Positions 19,001-28,369 of a stretch of 29,602 bases of DNA are shown here, piece by piece (position 1 is the stretch's first letter; the number at the start of each line of letters is the position of its first letter). This DNA is from a virus (lineage: Duplodnaviria > Caudoviricetes). The position numbers and the translations under genes were made by a program. Below the pieces are notes generated by a model. That model saw only the letters and a program-made list of their open reading frames with translations, was not told the DNA's origin and did not search any database. The stretch covers positions 1 through 29,602 of the IMG/VR virus record IMGVR_UViG_3300020413_000050, one strand, 5' to 3'.

Positions 19001-22000
19001 GGTATCCTCTTTTGCTGTATCATAATAGAATTTCTCATGAACTGATGCCTCTTGAGTAATATCAACTTCTAAATTAACTTCAGAATCAAATTTTAAATTA
19101 TGTTTAGTTTCAGAATTTATTCCTAAATTAGAAAAGTTTTTAAATCCAGCTACATGATCTAAACTATCAACAGCATCTTTCCATGTTAGGTATGGTGTAG
19201 TTCCTTTAATTGCATACGAAAATCTTTGATAGTAGTCATTATCATGAACTCTTTGAGTATCTAGATTTAATTTTCCAGTATCTGTCTTCCAATCGTTAAT
19301 ATTTTCTGCACTACTATCAACATTCAAATCAAAATCAAATTCAAATATGTTGGAAACAGTTGCTTTATTATTACTGACAGATCCAATTATGATATCATCT
19401 TTTTTAAAATTACCTTTTACATCAAATACTTTTAAAGTTTGTGACTTACTATCCCAACCATCTTTAGCAACAAAACCAGAAATTGTTGATGATGGAACCA
19501 CAATATTTTCATTTTCAAAGAATGATACCTTTTCAAAAGTAGGAGTAAATCCTGCTAAATCACTCACTTTGATAACTCTACCAAAATTATTTTCTGTTTG
19601 ATATAAACCTCCAGTACTGCCTATTCCTGCGATAGAATATCTTATGAGTTCTCCTCCAGCCGTAGTAACAATTCCAACCCCTACACCTTCCAATATTGTA
19701 AAGTATTGATAATTATAATCACTAGAATTATATCCATCTGCATTATCTGTTGTTTTAATATTTTCTACAAATATTTTGTCAAGAGGTGCGAATGGGAAAG
19801 ATCCTCCATTATCAAAAAATCCACTTTCATTACTTCCTTCTCTTTGAGTAATTGGTGCCTTTATGTGTAAGGTAACTATTTGATTAATATCAGTTTCAGC
19901 TTTAGTAACAAGAACTCCATTTGAGTTTACAGTTGGTATAATTCTAAGATCTTCAGACAAACCAGTATCATTAGATAATATTTCTACCTTACTAACAGAA
20001 GTACCATTTAAATTAACTCTGGTAACTATATTGTTATTACCTACCGCAATTACTGATGGAGGAGATGTATAATTTCTTCCTCCAGTTGTTACACCTATTG
20101 ATTTTAGAGTAAATGGATTTTTTAATTCTAGAATAGTATTACTATCTGCTCTTGGTTTGAGTGTATGATCTGAAGGAAACTCCAATCCTTGTGTAATTGA
20201 TTGAGTATCACTAATCGTTCCTATTTCATCAGTTTCTATCGTAAGAACTGCATTTATACCAGATGTTGTTCCAATTGAAGTTAATATAGGTAATTCAGTT
20301 ACCTCAAATCCCTTACTTAAGATGTTTATAGAGTGTATTCCACCATCTTCACCAGAGGAATTTGTAAAGTAGAACGCACTTGAAATTCCTACAGATGTGT
20401 ATGAAGTAGTTTCTGCTACTCCAGTTGGATTAAATTTAAATGTAGTATTACCAATTCCAGTTACTCTGTGTCTAGTGTTAAACTTCGAATCTACTAGTTG
20501 AATTTTTGAATGATTGGAAACTCTATCATCTGCTGCTGAAGGTAGTGTTTTAGTGAAATTAGAGTTTATACCTTCTAGTCTATAATAGAACTCAGATGCT
20601 AAAGAACTTCCAACAGAAATTACAACTTTAGTTTCAGAATCACCATCCCCATTAGTTCCTGATCTACTAATCAAATCTGTATCATATTTTGATATAAAGG
20701 TAGAATCAGTGTAAAATTCTAAATCATAGTTAGATAAACTTGCATCAGATGTTAAAATTTCTATTCTATTGTCTCTATAAAATTCTAATTTTGGATTTAT
20801 TTTAGAAATTTGATGACTTCCACCCCCAGTAGATCCTATTCCTATGTAATTATAAGGAAAAACTGATAAATCGTATTTATTTTCTGCTAATCTGATGGTT
20901 TTATTTGAATCTTTGATCACATAGTAAATACCATCATCAACTAAAGGTGTTGCAGGAGTTGAAGAATTATATATGACTAAATCTCCAGTTGAAAAATCAT
21001 GATCGTGTATAGTTAGTGTAGATATAGTAGTTCCAATTCCAACAGAAGTAGATGCAAAAGAAACTGGATTTACAACTAACTTTCTTAAATTTTCATTATA
21101 TTTTAAATTAAACGTTTGAGTTCTATCTGATTTTATATCAAGATCAAATTCATCATTAAGAGATAAACCATGTTGCTGACCAATTGTTGTTGCTGCAGCA
21201 ACAGTAACTAATCCATTTACCTTTGTTAAACTTCCAGAAATGTTTTCTTTAATTATTTCAAGTTTATTATTATCTCCACCACTAGTTTCTACTCTTTGAT
21301 AATAAATGTAATTTGTAGTAAAGTTTGTTTTTTGGGTAGACAATCCAATAAATTCATTACTAAATCTAACACAATAAAATTTACTAATTGTTGATAAATC
21401 AAATTGTGGTGATAATGAATCGTTTGACGATGCAAAAATTGTAGAACCTAATGCTACGAATGATAACTCATCACCAGTTTTAAATTTATGATTCGGCAAA
21501 TATATTGCCCTTGGTGGTACAGATTTATTAATCGCTTCACTTCCAGCAAATCCAACAACCTTATTAGTGTAAGTGCTTCCTATACCAACAGCTTTTTCTG
21601 ATTCAAAATATCTAACTTTTGATGTTTCTATATTTTTATTCTCTACTCTTTCTTTAATTGGGAATGTAAACTCAGTTTCGAGTCTAGTTGCTACTATTCC
21701 AGCGTCATGAGCACTACCAGTAGTTCCATTATGTGCTCTTATCACTCGATGTTTATTATTTACATCATCATAATCTATGATAACTAACTGTTCAGATTCA
21801 ATTTGAATAACATCATTTATTTTAAATATTCTATCAAGAGTTGATCCTGATAAAGAAATGAATGTTGTAATTCCTGTAGTATTGGAATTTAACATTGAGG
21901 TTGATATTGAAGATGTTACAGTGGATAATCCAATAACTCTAAATCCTTCAATATTTTTATAAGCAGTGGATGATATTCCAGAAATTTCTACAACATCATT

Positions 22001-25000
22001 ACTGGTTAAATTGTGTGGAATAGTTGCTACACCAGTCACTACACTATTTAAAACTGCAAACTGTATATTTTCAACTACTGTATTTGTAGTTCCAACTGAT
22101 ACTATTTCCTTTCCTAAAACTTTTTTAACGACAGCATTTATAGTCGAATCATTAAAATTAAGTTTATCACCAACTTTATACGATGATCCAGAATCATTTA
22201 TAGTGACATCTGTTATATTTGATCCCTTTAAATCACTAACTTTAATTTTAGTTCTAGAATTTAAAGGATCTGATAGTAAAGGATAATTTCTAAATTCTTC
22301 ATTTAATCCTAAATGAGTTACATTTCTTTTATAAGTGCCATCATTAATAATAATATCTGATTGATCTATAGTCGAATCATAATTAAATATATCTGTTTCA
22401 TTACGATGAGCAAGAGTTATGTATGGGAAAGAAGGATTTTTAGAAACTTTATCTATACTTGAAAAATAAGCATAAGTTCCATTAGGAAAATAACTTTGTT
22501 GATCTGGTGGCAATTCGCTATTTTTAAGATATCTACCATTATATTCATCTAATTCACCATTTTCATTATAAACATAATCATCTATAAAATAACCAGAGGG
22601 ATACTGTATCAATGGTGGTCTTAAATTGGAATCATTAAGTATATCAAGTTGATAACTAGATTGTAAGAAAGTAAACCCTATGCCAACATTTTTTGGGCCA
22701 ACTGGGCCAAAAATAGGATTGCCATCATAAGCCCATCCAACTATTTTAGATATATTTGCCACATTTTCGATATAATTTGGTGATTCACCAATATTATCTC
22801 TTAGTATTCTACGATATTTTTTTGGTGGATAAAAAGAGCAAATTTTATTCCCTTTTAATTTATTTTCGGATTTTACTTGTATAATTTGACTATTGTTTTC
22901 CGTTAATGTATAATCATATCTTTTAACATCATTAATTTTCCATTCATGCACATTAGAAGTAAATTTAGCATCTTTACCTGTAGGGACAACTCTAATTCTA
23001 GTATTTTTAGATGAATAATTAATGCCAGAATTAATAATTTTAAATCCTGTTATTTGTCCATTCGAAACTATAGATTGTAATCTTGCAAAATTTCCTTTTG
23101 CATTTTCAATTTCGAATACTTGAAGTTCTGGTGGTGTTGTGTATTCTTTTCCACTATTTCTAATCAAAACATCAACTATCTTTCCATTAGAAACAACTGG
23201 ACTTAAAAACGCATCTTTACCAGTTAATAACTTTATTGTTGGTTTACGTGTATAATTGATAATATCAGTTACTCCGAAACCAACTCCTCCATTTTTTATA
23301 AAAACACTTTCAAGTCTACCTTTAACAACTGCCTCTGCACTAGCATTATAATAATCTGGTATTATTGTTGTTGATGCAAGAGATACAAATCCATCAATTT
23401 TAACTTGAATATTTGGATATTTAAATGTATGAGTTCCAACTCCAACACTACTTAAATTTACATATATTTTTCTGTTATAGTTTGTATTAGATATAGTTGT
23501 TGCAGTTCCAGCATTACTTAACTTAAATTTATGATTATCAATTACAGTAACTTTATACACTGTGCTTGGATCTAATCCATCAATTTCATCAGCACTAGTG
23601 GAATATTCTAAAACATCTCCATTGTTAAAACTATGATTTTTTGCATAAATGTAATTATCAAAAGTATTAATACCAACAAAAGTTTTGAATAAGTCTTTTC
23701 TATCTGTTGGAGGGTACTGTTGAGAAGATATTAAAACTTTTTTATTCTTATATTCATTTCCAGTTTCCTGAACTTCAATTCTATCAATTATTTTTCTAAC
23801 TTTTGTTGATGTAAATTGGTGAGAAACAGATCCATCATCACGAAATTGTAATAAGTTAGTCTTGCCAATTGCTCTGTCTCTTGTTATTGCTAATGCAAAA
23901 GAAGAGTCTGTATATCTTGCTATGAAATAAGAAGTTCCAGAAGATAGTATATCAGTGGCAAACCCAACATTTACTCCAGTTGTAATACCAATTGGTGTCC
24001 CATTTGCTGTATAAATTACTTCTTCACCATCTAAAAATCTATGGTCTGCTTTGATTTTATTTTCAGAAACGTTTACATCTGTTTCACCAAAAACTCCACC
24101 ATATGAATAAGCTCTCATTTTTGCTTCACATACAGTGCCACTACCATTTCCCCCAGTTAATGTTACTGATGGAGCAGTAACATAATCAAATCCTGCCTTA
24201 GTTAGTATAACCTCTGATATGGTGCCAGAAAAGTTTCCATGCACCTCAGAACCGCTTCCAGTGGTGTCTGCTATAGAAACTGAAGGTGGGTTAATTACAT
24301 CATATCCCTGACCAGAATTTGTAATTTCAATATTTTCTAGTTGACCATAATAGATTGAATCCTCAGAAATTGGAGAATGGTATTCAATTCCATTTAATGA
24401 AACACCAACCGCACCATTGATATTTTGCTTTGTTTTAGGTGGTTTTGGATTTTTATAAATTCTTTTAAAATTATTTTGATTTTTTAACTGACCGCCATCA
24501 TGTAAATTAGCAGGTGTGATTGTATTTGTTTCACTCTGTTGTTCTACAGTTCCAGAAAACTTAATATTTTCAAAGTTTTCTTGATCTAAATTTGCTGGAT
24601 TTGATGATAATTTAATTGTGTCATTATCAATAACCTTTACATAAAAATAACCTGATGTTGATCCAGTAATTCCACTATTAGTTGATGTATTTAAATAAAC
24701 TCTTTCACCATTTATAAAATTATGATTGGATATTGTAATCTTAGAAGTATTTGTAGAAACACCAACTGAATTAAAAGAATGAGACCTATTAGTGGTTTCA
24801 GTATCAAAAGAGGGATAACCAGAAAAAGAAATATATGTATTTTTATCTTTATCGGTATATGAATTTTGAATATTAGATAATAAAGATGTTTGCCCAAAAT
24901 TTGATTTAACATAATTTAATTTCTTTTTAATTACGTAATTTCCAACTCCTAAAGATGATGGTAAGTTAAGATTAAACTGTGTTGAACTAATGACGTTATT

Positions 25001-26491
25001 TACTTCGACATCCACAAAAATTGTGTTATTAGTATCTTTGAATATTACATCTACAAAATCACCTCTATTTAAAAAATGATCAACTCTACTGATAAATGAA
25101 CTTGTACCATCATGATCCATTACATCAACGTAAGACAAATTATTATAAAACCACTTATTATACCTTTGATCTGATAATTCTGGTTTTTCACCAAGATATT
25201 TAACTCCAATTATATCTCCAGAGTCAAAATATTTTGTTACATTTGCATTATCAGAAATCCCTGAAATGGATCCAGTCACTCTCATTTCACAAATTTTCGT
25301 CAAATCATTATTTTCATAACCATATACAAAAGTATCACCTATAATAACATCTGATTCTTTAAAAACTGTAGTTATGCCAGTGCATCCAAAAAATTGATTA
25401 TTTGATTTTGATGTGAAAGATGCTAATGTGTAAATATTATCTGCATTTAGGTAGTAAAACCCACTGGTTGTACTAAATCCTATAGTTGAGTCTACAGTTG
25501 CAACTTCTGTGGTTGATGCTGTTCCTACAACTTTTGTTTTTGCTGCAACTTTGAATTTATTATTAATTGTTCCTTTGGAAAATGAAATTTGGTAATATTT
25601 TTTATTTTTTAAAAATTTTGTTTGTACATTTGCAACTGCTCCACTAGCAGTTGATGAAGTAAATGAATCTTGGTATATTTGAATTCCAACTAAATTTAGA
25701 GGATTTCCAGATATAGCTTCTACAACAATATCATCAGTTACATCCCATTCTGCCTCTGATGCGATTATAGTTTCATTAAAAGGTTTAACAATTTCAACTT
25801 GATCTCCAAATAAGACTTGGAAGAGTATTTTTAATGATGCATCTGTTCCTTTTGAACTGTAAAAATCTCTTGCTCTTGATAAAACATTCTCTACTCCAAC
25901 CCCATACTTAAAATTTCTACCCTCAAGACCAGGTAGGAACTGATATCTAAATTTTTTATAAAATTGATTAACAAATAGAAAACTTAAATTGACTACAACT
26001 GCATTTGTGTCATGTGTTGACGCATTTGTGTCACTAAAAGTTAAAAATTCAGGATTTCCTTGTGTTTGAATTTCTGATATACCACTAAATCCACGAATAC
26101 ATCCCGTAAAAGAAGTATCAGTTTTTCCTGTATATGTAATAATTTCATTATCAATTTTTAGTAATCCATACTTATCTGGAAAACCAGTTGTTTGATTTAC
26201 ACTGATTTCATCATCATACGCATATAAGAATGAAGATAAAAGTATTGGTGATGATGGTGTTAGACTATTTGGAGGTATTACTGTTTGTTTTTCAACTAAA
26301 GATATATCAGAAACTGTTTTTATATTTTTAAATGATGCTAAATTATCAGCTAGATAAGTTGCTCCATACTCACGTTCCTCAGACTCATAGTATTGAGATA
26401 AAAATTCTTTAAAAAGGGGATTATCTGCTTGTATGAAATCTGGTATCTGACTACCGAGGATATTAGCAATTTTAACTTTTTTATCTGACAT
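16040..26491 (-). CDS. gp7: Baseplate wedge initiator gp7-like giant multidomain protein (3483 aa)
   Basis: N-terminal QIPDFI..DNPLF.EFL.QYYES and DFYSSKGT..S.KILF..LFG; later DNDYYQRFSYAIK...W...V..L.H.AGFK.F. Lies between gp6 and gp8 and carries many repeated beta modules. Confidence 0.85.
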   Translation of the reverse strand: MSDKKVKIANILGSQIPDFIQADNPLFKEFLSQYYESEEREYGATYLADNLASFKNIKTVSDISLVEKQTVIPPNSLTPSSPILLSSFLYAYDDEISVNQTTGFPDKYGLLKIDNEIITYTGKTDTSFTGCIRGFSGISEIQTQGNPEFLTFSDTNASTHDTNAVVVNLSFLFVNQFYKKFRYQFLPGLEGRNFKYGVGVENVLSRARDFYSSKGTDASLKILFQVLFGDQVEIVKPFNETIIASEAEWDVTDDIVVEAISGNPLNLVGIQIYQDSFTSSTASGAVANVQTKFLKNKKYYQISFSKGTINNKFKVAAKTKVVGTASTTEVATVDSTIGFSTTSGFYYLNADNIYTLASFTSKSNNQFFGCTGITTVFKESDVIIGDTFVYGYENNDLTKICEMRVTGSISGISDNANVTKYFDSGDIIGVKYLGEKPELSDQRYNKWFYNNLSYVDVMDHDGTSSFISRVDHFLNRGDFVDVIFKDTNNTIFVDVEVNNVISSTQFNLNLPSSLGVGNYVIKKKLNYVKSNFGQTSLLSNIQNSYTDKDKNTYISFSGYPSFDTETTNRSHSFNSVGVSTNTSKITISNHNFINGERVYLNTSTNSGITGSTSGYFYVKVIDNDTIKLSSNPANLDQENFENIKFSGTVEQQSETNTITPANLHDGGQLKNQNNFKRIYKNPKPPKTKQNINGAVGVSLNGIEYHSPISEDSIYYGQLENIEITNSGQGYDVINPPSVSIADTTGSGSEVHGNFSGTISEVILTKAGFDYVTAPSVTLTGGNGSGTVCEAKMRAYSYGGVFGETDVNVSENKIKADHRFLDGEEVIYTANGTPIGITTGVNVGFATDILSSGTSYFIARYTDSSFALAITRDRAIGKTNLLQFRDDGSVSHQFTSTKVRKIIDRIEVQETGNEYKNKKVLISSQQYPPTDRKDLFKTFVGINTFDNYIYAKNHSFNNGDVLEYSTSADEIDGLDPSTVYKVTVIDNHKFKLSNAGTATTISNTNYNRKIYVNLSSVGVGTHTFKYPNIQVKIDGFVSLASTTIIPDYYNASAEAVVKGRLESVFIKNGGVGFGVTDIINYTRKPTIKLLTGKDAFLSPVVSNGKIVDVLIRNSGKEYTTPPELQVFEIENAKGNFARLQSIVSNGQITGFKIINSGINYSSKNTRIRVVPTGKDAKFTSNVHEWKINDVKRYDYTLTENNSQIIQVKSENKLKGNKICSFYPPKKYRRILRDNIGESPNYIENVANISKIVGWAYDGNPIFGPVGPKNVGIGFTFLQSSYQLDILNDSNLRPPLIQYPSGYFIDDYVYNENGELDEYNGRYLKNSELPPDQQSYFPNGTYAYFSSIDKVSKNPSFPYITLAHRNETDIFNYDSTIDQSDIIINDGTYKRNVTHLGLNEEFRNYPLLSDPLNSRTKIKVSDLKGSNITDVTINDSGSSYKVGDKLNFNDSTINAVVKKVLGKEIVSVGTTNTVVENIQFAVLNSVVTGVATIPHNLTSNDVVEISGISSTAYKNIEGFRVIGLSTVTSSISTSMLNSNTTGITTFISLSGSTLDRIFKINDVIQIESEQLVIIDYDDVNNKHRVIRAHNGTTGSAHDAGIVATRLETEFTFPIKERVENKNIETSKVRYFESEKAVGIGSTYTNKVVGFAGSEAINKSVPPRAIYLPNHKFKTGDELSFVALGSTIFASSNDSLSPQFDLSTISKFYCVRFSNEFIGLSTQKTNFTTNYIYYQRVETSGGDNNKLEIIKENISGSLTKVNGLVTVAAATTIGQQHGLSLNDEFDLDIKSDRTQTFNLKYNENLRKLVVNPVSFASTSVGIGTTISTLTIHDHDFSTGDLVIYNSSTPATPLVDDGIYYVIKDSNKTIRLAENKYDLSVFPYNYIGIGSTGGGSHQISKINPKLEFYRDNRIEILTSDASLSNYDLEFYTDSTFISKYDTDLISRSGTNGDGDSETKVVISVGSSLASEFYYRLEGINSNFTKTLPSAADDRVSNHSKIQLVDSKFNTRHRVTGIGNTTFKFNPTGVAETTSYTSVGISSAFYFTNSSGEDGGIHSINILSKGFEVTELPILTSIGTTSGINAVLTIETDEIGTISDTQSITQGLEFPSDHTLKPRADSNTILELKNPFTLKSIGVTTGGRNYTSPPSVIAVGNNNIVTRVNLNGTSVSKVEILSNDTGLSEDLRIIPTVNSNGVLVTKAETDINQIVTLHIKAPITQREGSNESGFFDNGGSFPFAPLDKIFVENIKTTDNADGYNSSDYNYQYFTILEGVGVGIVTTAGGELIRYSIAGIGSTGGLYQTENNFGRVIKVSDLAGFTPTFEKVSFFENENIVVPSSTISGFVAKDGWDSKSQTLKVFDVKGNFKKDDIIIGSVSNNKATVSNIFEFDFDLNVDSSAENINDWKTDTGKLNLDTQRVHDNDYYQRFSYAIKGTTPYLTWKDAVDSLDHVAGFKNFSNLGINSETKHNLKFDSEVNLEVDITQEASVHEKFYYDTAKEDTDDPQLSKIIKFDSKIITDYNESRTNKVLLIDDISRQFTGIVTSVGGGVIGTTSFNIFNDGFSLLHKEFNPTSGINTSNDEVTIPRHEFNTAEHLKYAPGVGQTAIGIENTTIPGIGVTNILPSDVYAIKLTNDVIKVAVAASFATAGAAVTFTTISGIGTNHALSVPSDDGTIRSIITIDNIIQSPVAITTAISVNMVSGVSISTDRAYLNDVSNIQGKSLLRISDEIIKVNLVGVGSASELQIDRGQMGTVAAAHTAGATITVLKGDYKINQGRLYFTESPYGLSGSLGITTSSQFSGRIFYRQNYQHNKIIDDISDKFDGATDKFDLTSNNVEVSGINTSFGAFLINNIFQRPFFGAPGSILESDYQFVGTGKTVDFTGTTANKDLPKGGIINEFDVGIGSGYQIPRKAIFSAVVSAAGTVQSIGIVTGGSGYINAPLVSIGSTTGSGASAVATIANGSVSAVSVTNPGSGYTSTGISTGLNFATALPPSPYKNIPLVGGNGTGASIDVVVGTGGSVVSFDIANRGLGYEINDRLEITNLPFQVGIGTTNFHVIVKNKYQDKFAGWSFGQLLELDDFSAQFNSFRKSFLITRTISTKDYYSVVAQQGSGIVLANNLLVFINDVLQKPDLDYEFSGGTRITFTEAPKTGSKFKMYLYTGSSDDFIEVDIDETIKPGDELRLQLGYNDATSQRISAQENRIVYDLIASDTVDTQTYSGVGIVTNSFDVSRPIMWRKQTNDLIIDGRPISKERNYLEPQIQPISGIIKSISPNDTKIYIKDSYLFNKIDNLPQTQNDIRIVGLGTTSVVENIKQVSYNGDYGIIVGVGTSAAGINTTTPALYFDLRLNRNIYNTGDPAITNTGIGTGDYFVVKNTVIGNGVTGIKTSSSGPETVSVGTSFLDNVYYAATVVSVGTTTLRVFANVNSISGINTSSLSNLFKVGDYSWGSINVSRTSNAKSFTFHNQNGLSGIETSAQVMRASPMLNKY

Positions 26492-26494
26492 TTC

Positions 26495-28369
26495 TTATCT
26501 TGTATACTTTTTATTACTAATAAAACTAGATGGTGGTGTATAGTTTGTTCCAGATACATTGGAACCAGAAACAAGAACATCCTCTATAAGAGTTAATTTA
26601 CTATTTCCTGTAGTATCTAGCACAATATAAAGGTTCTCTTTTGCAACTATATCATTTGATTCTGGAGTTATTTCTATTTCAATTCGATTTGATAATGTTG
26701 TTGAAGAAATTGTTACTGGAAATAAATTTACCTCACCTTTTACATAATCTATACTTCCAGCATTGTTGTTTATGTAAGTTATGGCACCATCAATGATTTT
26801 AAAGAACTTCACGACTCCTGTTGTTTGGTCACTATTTGGAAAATCAGTCAAATATACATCTCCATCAACTCCTTCAAGTTTAAATGCAGAAGAACGAATA
26901 TTGAATCCTTCCAAATCAGCATGAAACTTGTTTCCATAGCAAATTTCATAAGTTGCAAGTGAATTATACTCAGGAACCATGTTTCTTCTCATTACTAAAG
27001 TCGTAATATTGGAAGTAATTCCAGTATCAACCTTATCAATTTGAGATAATAACTTACTATACTTTAATCTACCACCAAAAGAGTTAATATCAGCTGATTT
27101 TGCGTAAGTTTGAACTGCAGATAGTATTCGAGACTGCAAATTCAAACTATCAGAGACAAATCCAGAGTCATAAGACACAGTTGAGTTAAATTCAACGTAC
27201 AAATACTTCAAATCAATCAATTCTTGCTTAATACCTGCAACTGTATACCTTTTTAAGTTGTTTTTAATTGAATCTTTGGCAACACTTGATAAAATTTCTC
27301 CATTTTTCGGTTTTATTGTAATGTAGACCTTTCCAAATTCAGGTGGATCAAGTTCTTCACCACCATAAGCACTCACTGAATCAATATTTGGGTATAAAAA
27401 GGGTAATAGACCGACATAATCATTCGATGTAACTGCTCTATACTGAGATGCATAGACTCTAGGAGCAAGATACTTGATATTGTCTATAGATTCGATGTCA
27501 TCACCATTTTCAGATGACTGTGTTGTTGTTATGAGTGATATACCGCTTGTAATATCAACGTCTGCAGCTCCAGAACGATAAGTGAGTTTACCTGCAAAGT
27601 TAAAATTAGCAGCATTATTACCATCTTGACCATTTGTTACTATATAACTGACTGTTATGTTCTCACCATGTTCTGGTTTTTTTCCTAATATGTCATCACC
27701 AAACAGAATTTGATATTTTTCGTCTTCAATTTCTTGAACTAGGAATAATCTAGAGGAAGAATCAATATTGAATATGTTTGTATACGCATTATATGTAAAC
27801 CCTCCAGCTTCAACACGAATTGAAGAGGTATCAATGTTTGAGTTTGGTAAAATATACCTTTTATTTGCTTCAGAACTGTTTACTTTAAATGTTTTTGTTA
27901 GATAATTACCTTCATAAATTGAAATATTATTAAAACTTGCAATTCCATTACTATATGCACTTACTGTAATGTCATCTGGAATTGAAAATGTATAACTTCC
28001 ACCTTGAACTGATCCCAATGCAACTAAACCTGCGTTTAATTTTATAGTTGATGCTGGTGAATCACTCACATCAACGTTAAAACTGATTGTTGCAACAGAT
28101 GATTTCTTTGATCTTGGTACATAACCGATATTTCTTGCTAATGATACAACATTTTCACGTAGAGTTGCACTATCAATGAATGACTCATTGACTGCCATGT
28201 TTGTATTATAGGAAGTTATGTAAGAATTATATGCTAAAGTATCAATTAAAATGGAAAAGTTAGATCCCTCAAAGTCAAAATCAGAAAAATTTGAGTTTGA
28301 TCTCAAGTAATCTTTGATTTGAGCTCGTAAAGTATTAAAATCTAGGTTGGTAAACTGTGTAAATGACAT
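26495..28369 (-). CDS. gp6: Baseplate wedge subunit gp6
   Basis: LDFNTL...IKDYLRSNSNFSDFDFEGSN.S.LID.LAYN, ESFIDSATLRENVVSLARNIGYVPRS, IKYLAPR.Y..Q.RAVT..DY. Confidence 0.96.
   Translation of the reverse strand: MSFTQFTNLDFNTLRAQIKDYLRSNSNFSDFDFEGSNFSILIDTLAYNSYITSYNTNMAVNESFIDSATLRENVVSLARNIGYVPRSKKSSVATISFNVDVSDSPASTIKLNAGLVALGSVQGGSYTFSIPDDITVSAYSNGIASFNNISIYEGNYLTKTFKVNSSEANKRYILPNSNIDTSSIRVEAGGFTYNAYTNIFNIDSSSRLFLVQEIEDEKYQILFGDDILGKKPEHGENITVSYIVTNGQDGNNAANFNFAGKLTYRSGAADVDITSGISLITTTQSSENGDDIESIDNIKYLAPRVYASQYRAVTSNDYVGLLPFLYPNIDSVSAYGGEELDPPEFGKVYITIKPKNGEILSSVAKDSIKNNLKRYTVAGIKQELIDLKYLYVEFNSTVSYDSGFVSDSLNLQSRILSAVQTYAKSADINSFGGRLKYSKLLSQIDKVDTGITSNITTLVMRRNMVPEYNSLATYEICYGNKFHADLEGFNIRSSAFKLEGVDGDVYLTDFPNSDQTTGVVKFFKIIDGAITYINNNAGSIDYVKGEVNLFPVTISSTTLSNRIEIEITPESNDIVAKENLYIVLDTTGNSKLTLIEDVLVSGSNVSGTNYTPPSSFISNKKYTR

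Noticed and set aside
6987-26491. Intein, intron or diversity-generating retroelement target explaining the giant ORFs
   Set aside because: I saw no intein splice motifs with homing-endonuclease blocks, no frame interruptions, no reverse transcriptase and no near-identical nucleotide repeat pair. The length is explained by diverged protein repeats.
2676-26580. Same-strand alternative-frame ORFs 2676-2885, 17692-17991, 24712-24912 and 26350-26580
   Set aside because: Leu/Gln/Ile-rich off-frame shadows typical of AT-rich codon bias. The main frames are intact and I saw no convincing frameshift signal.
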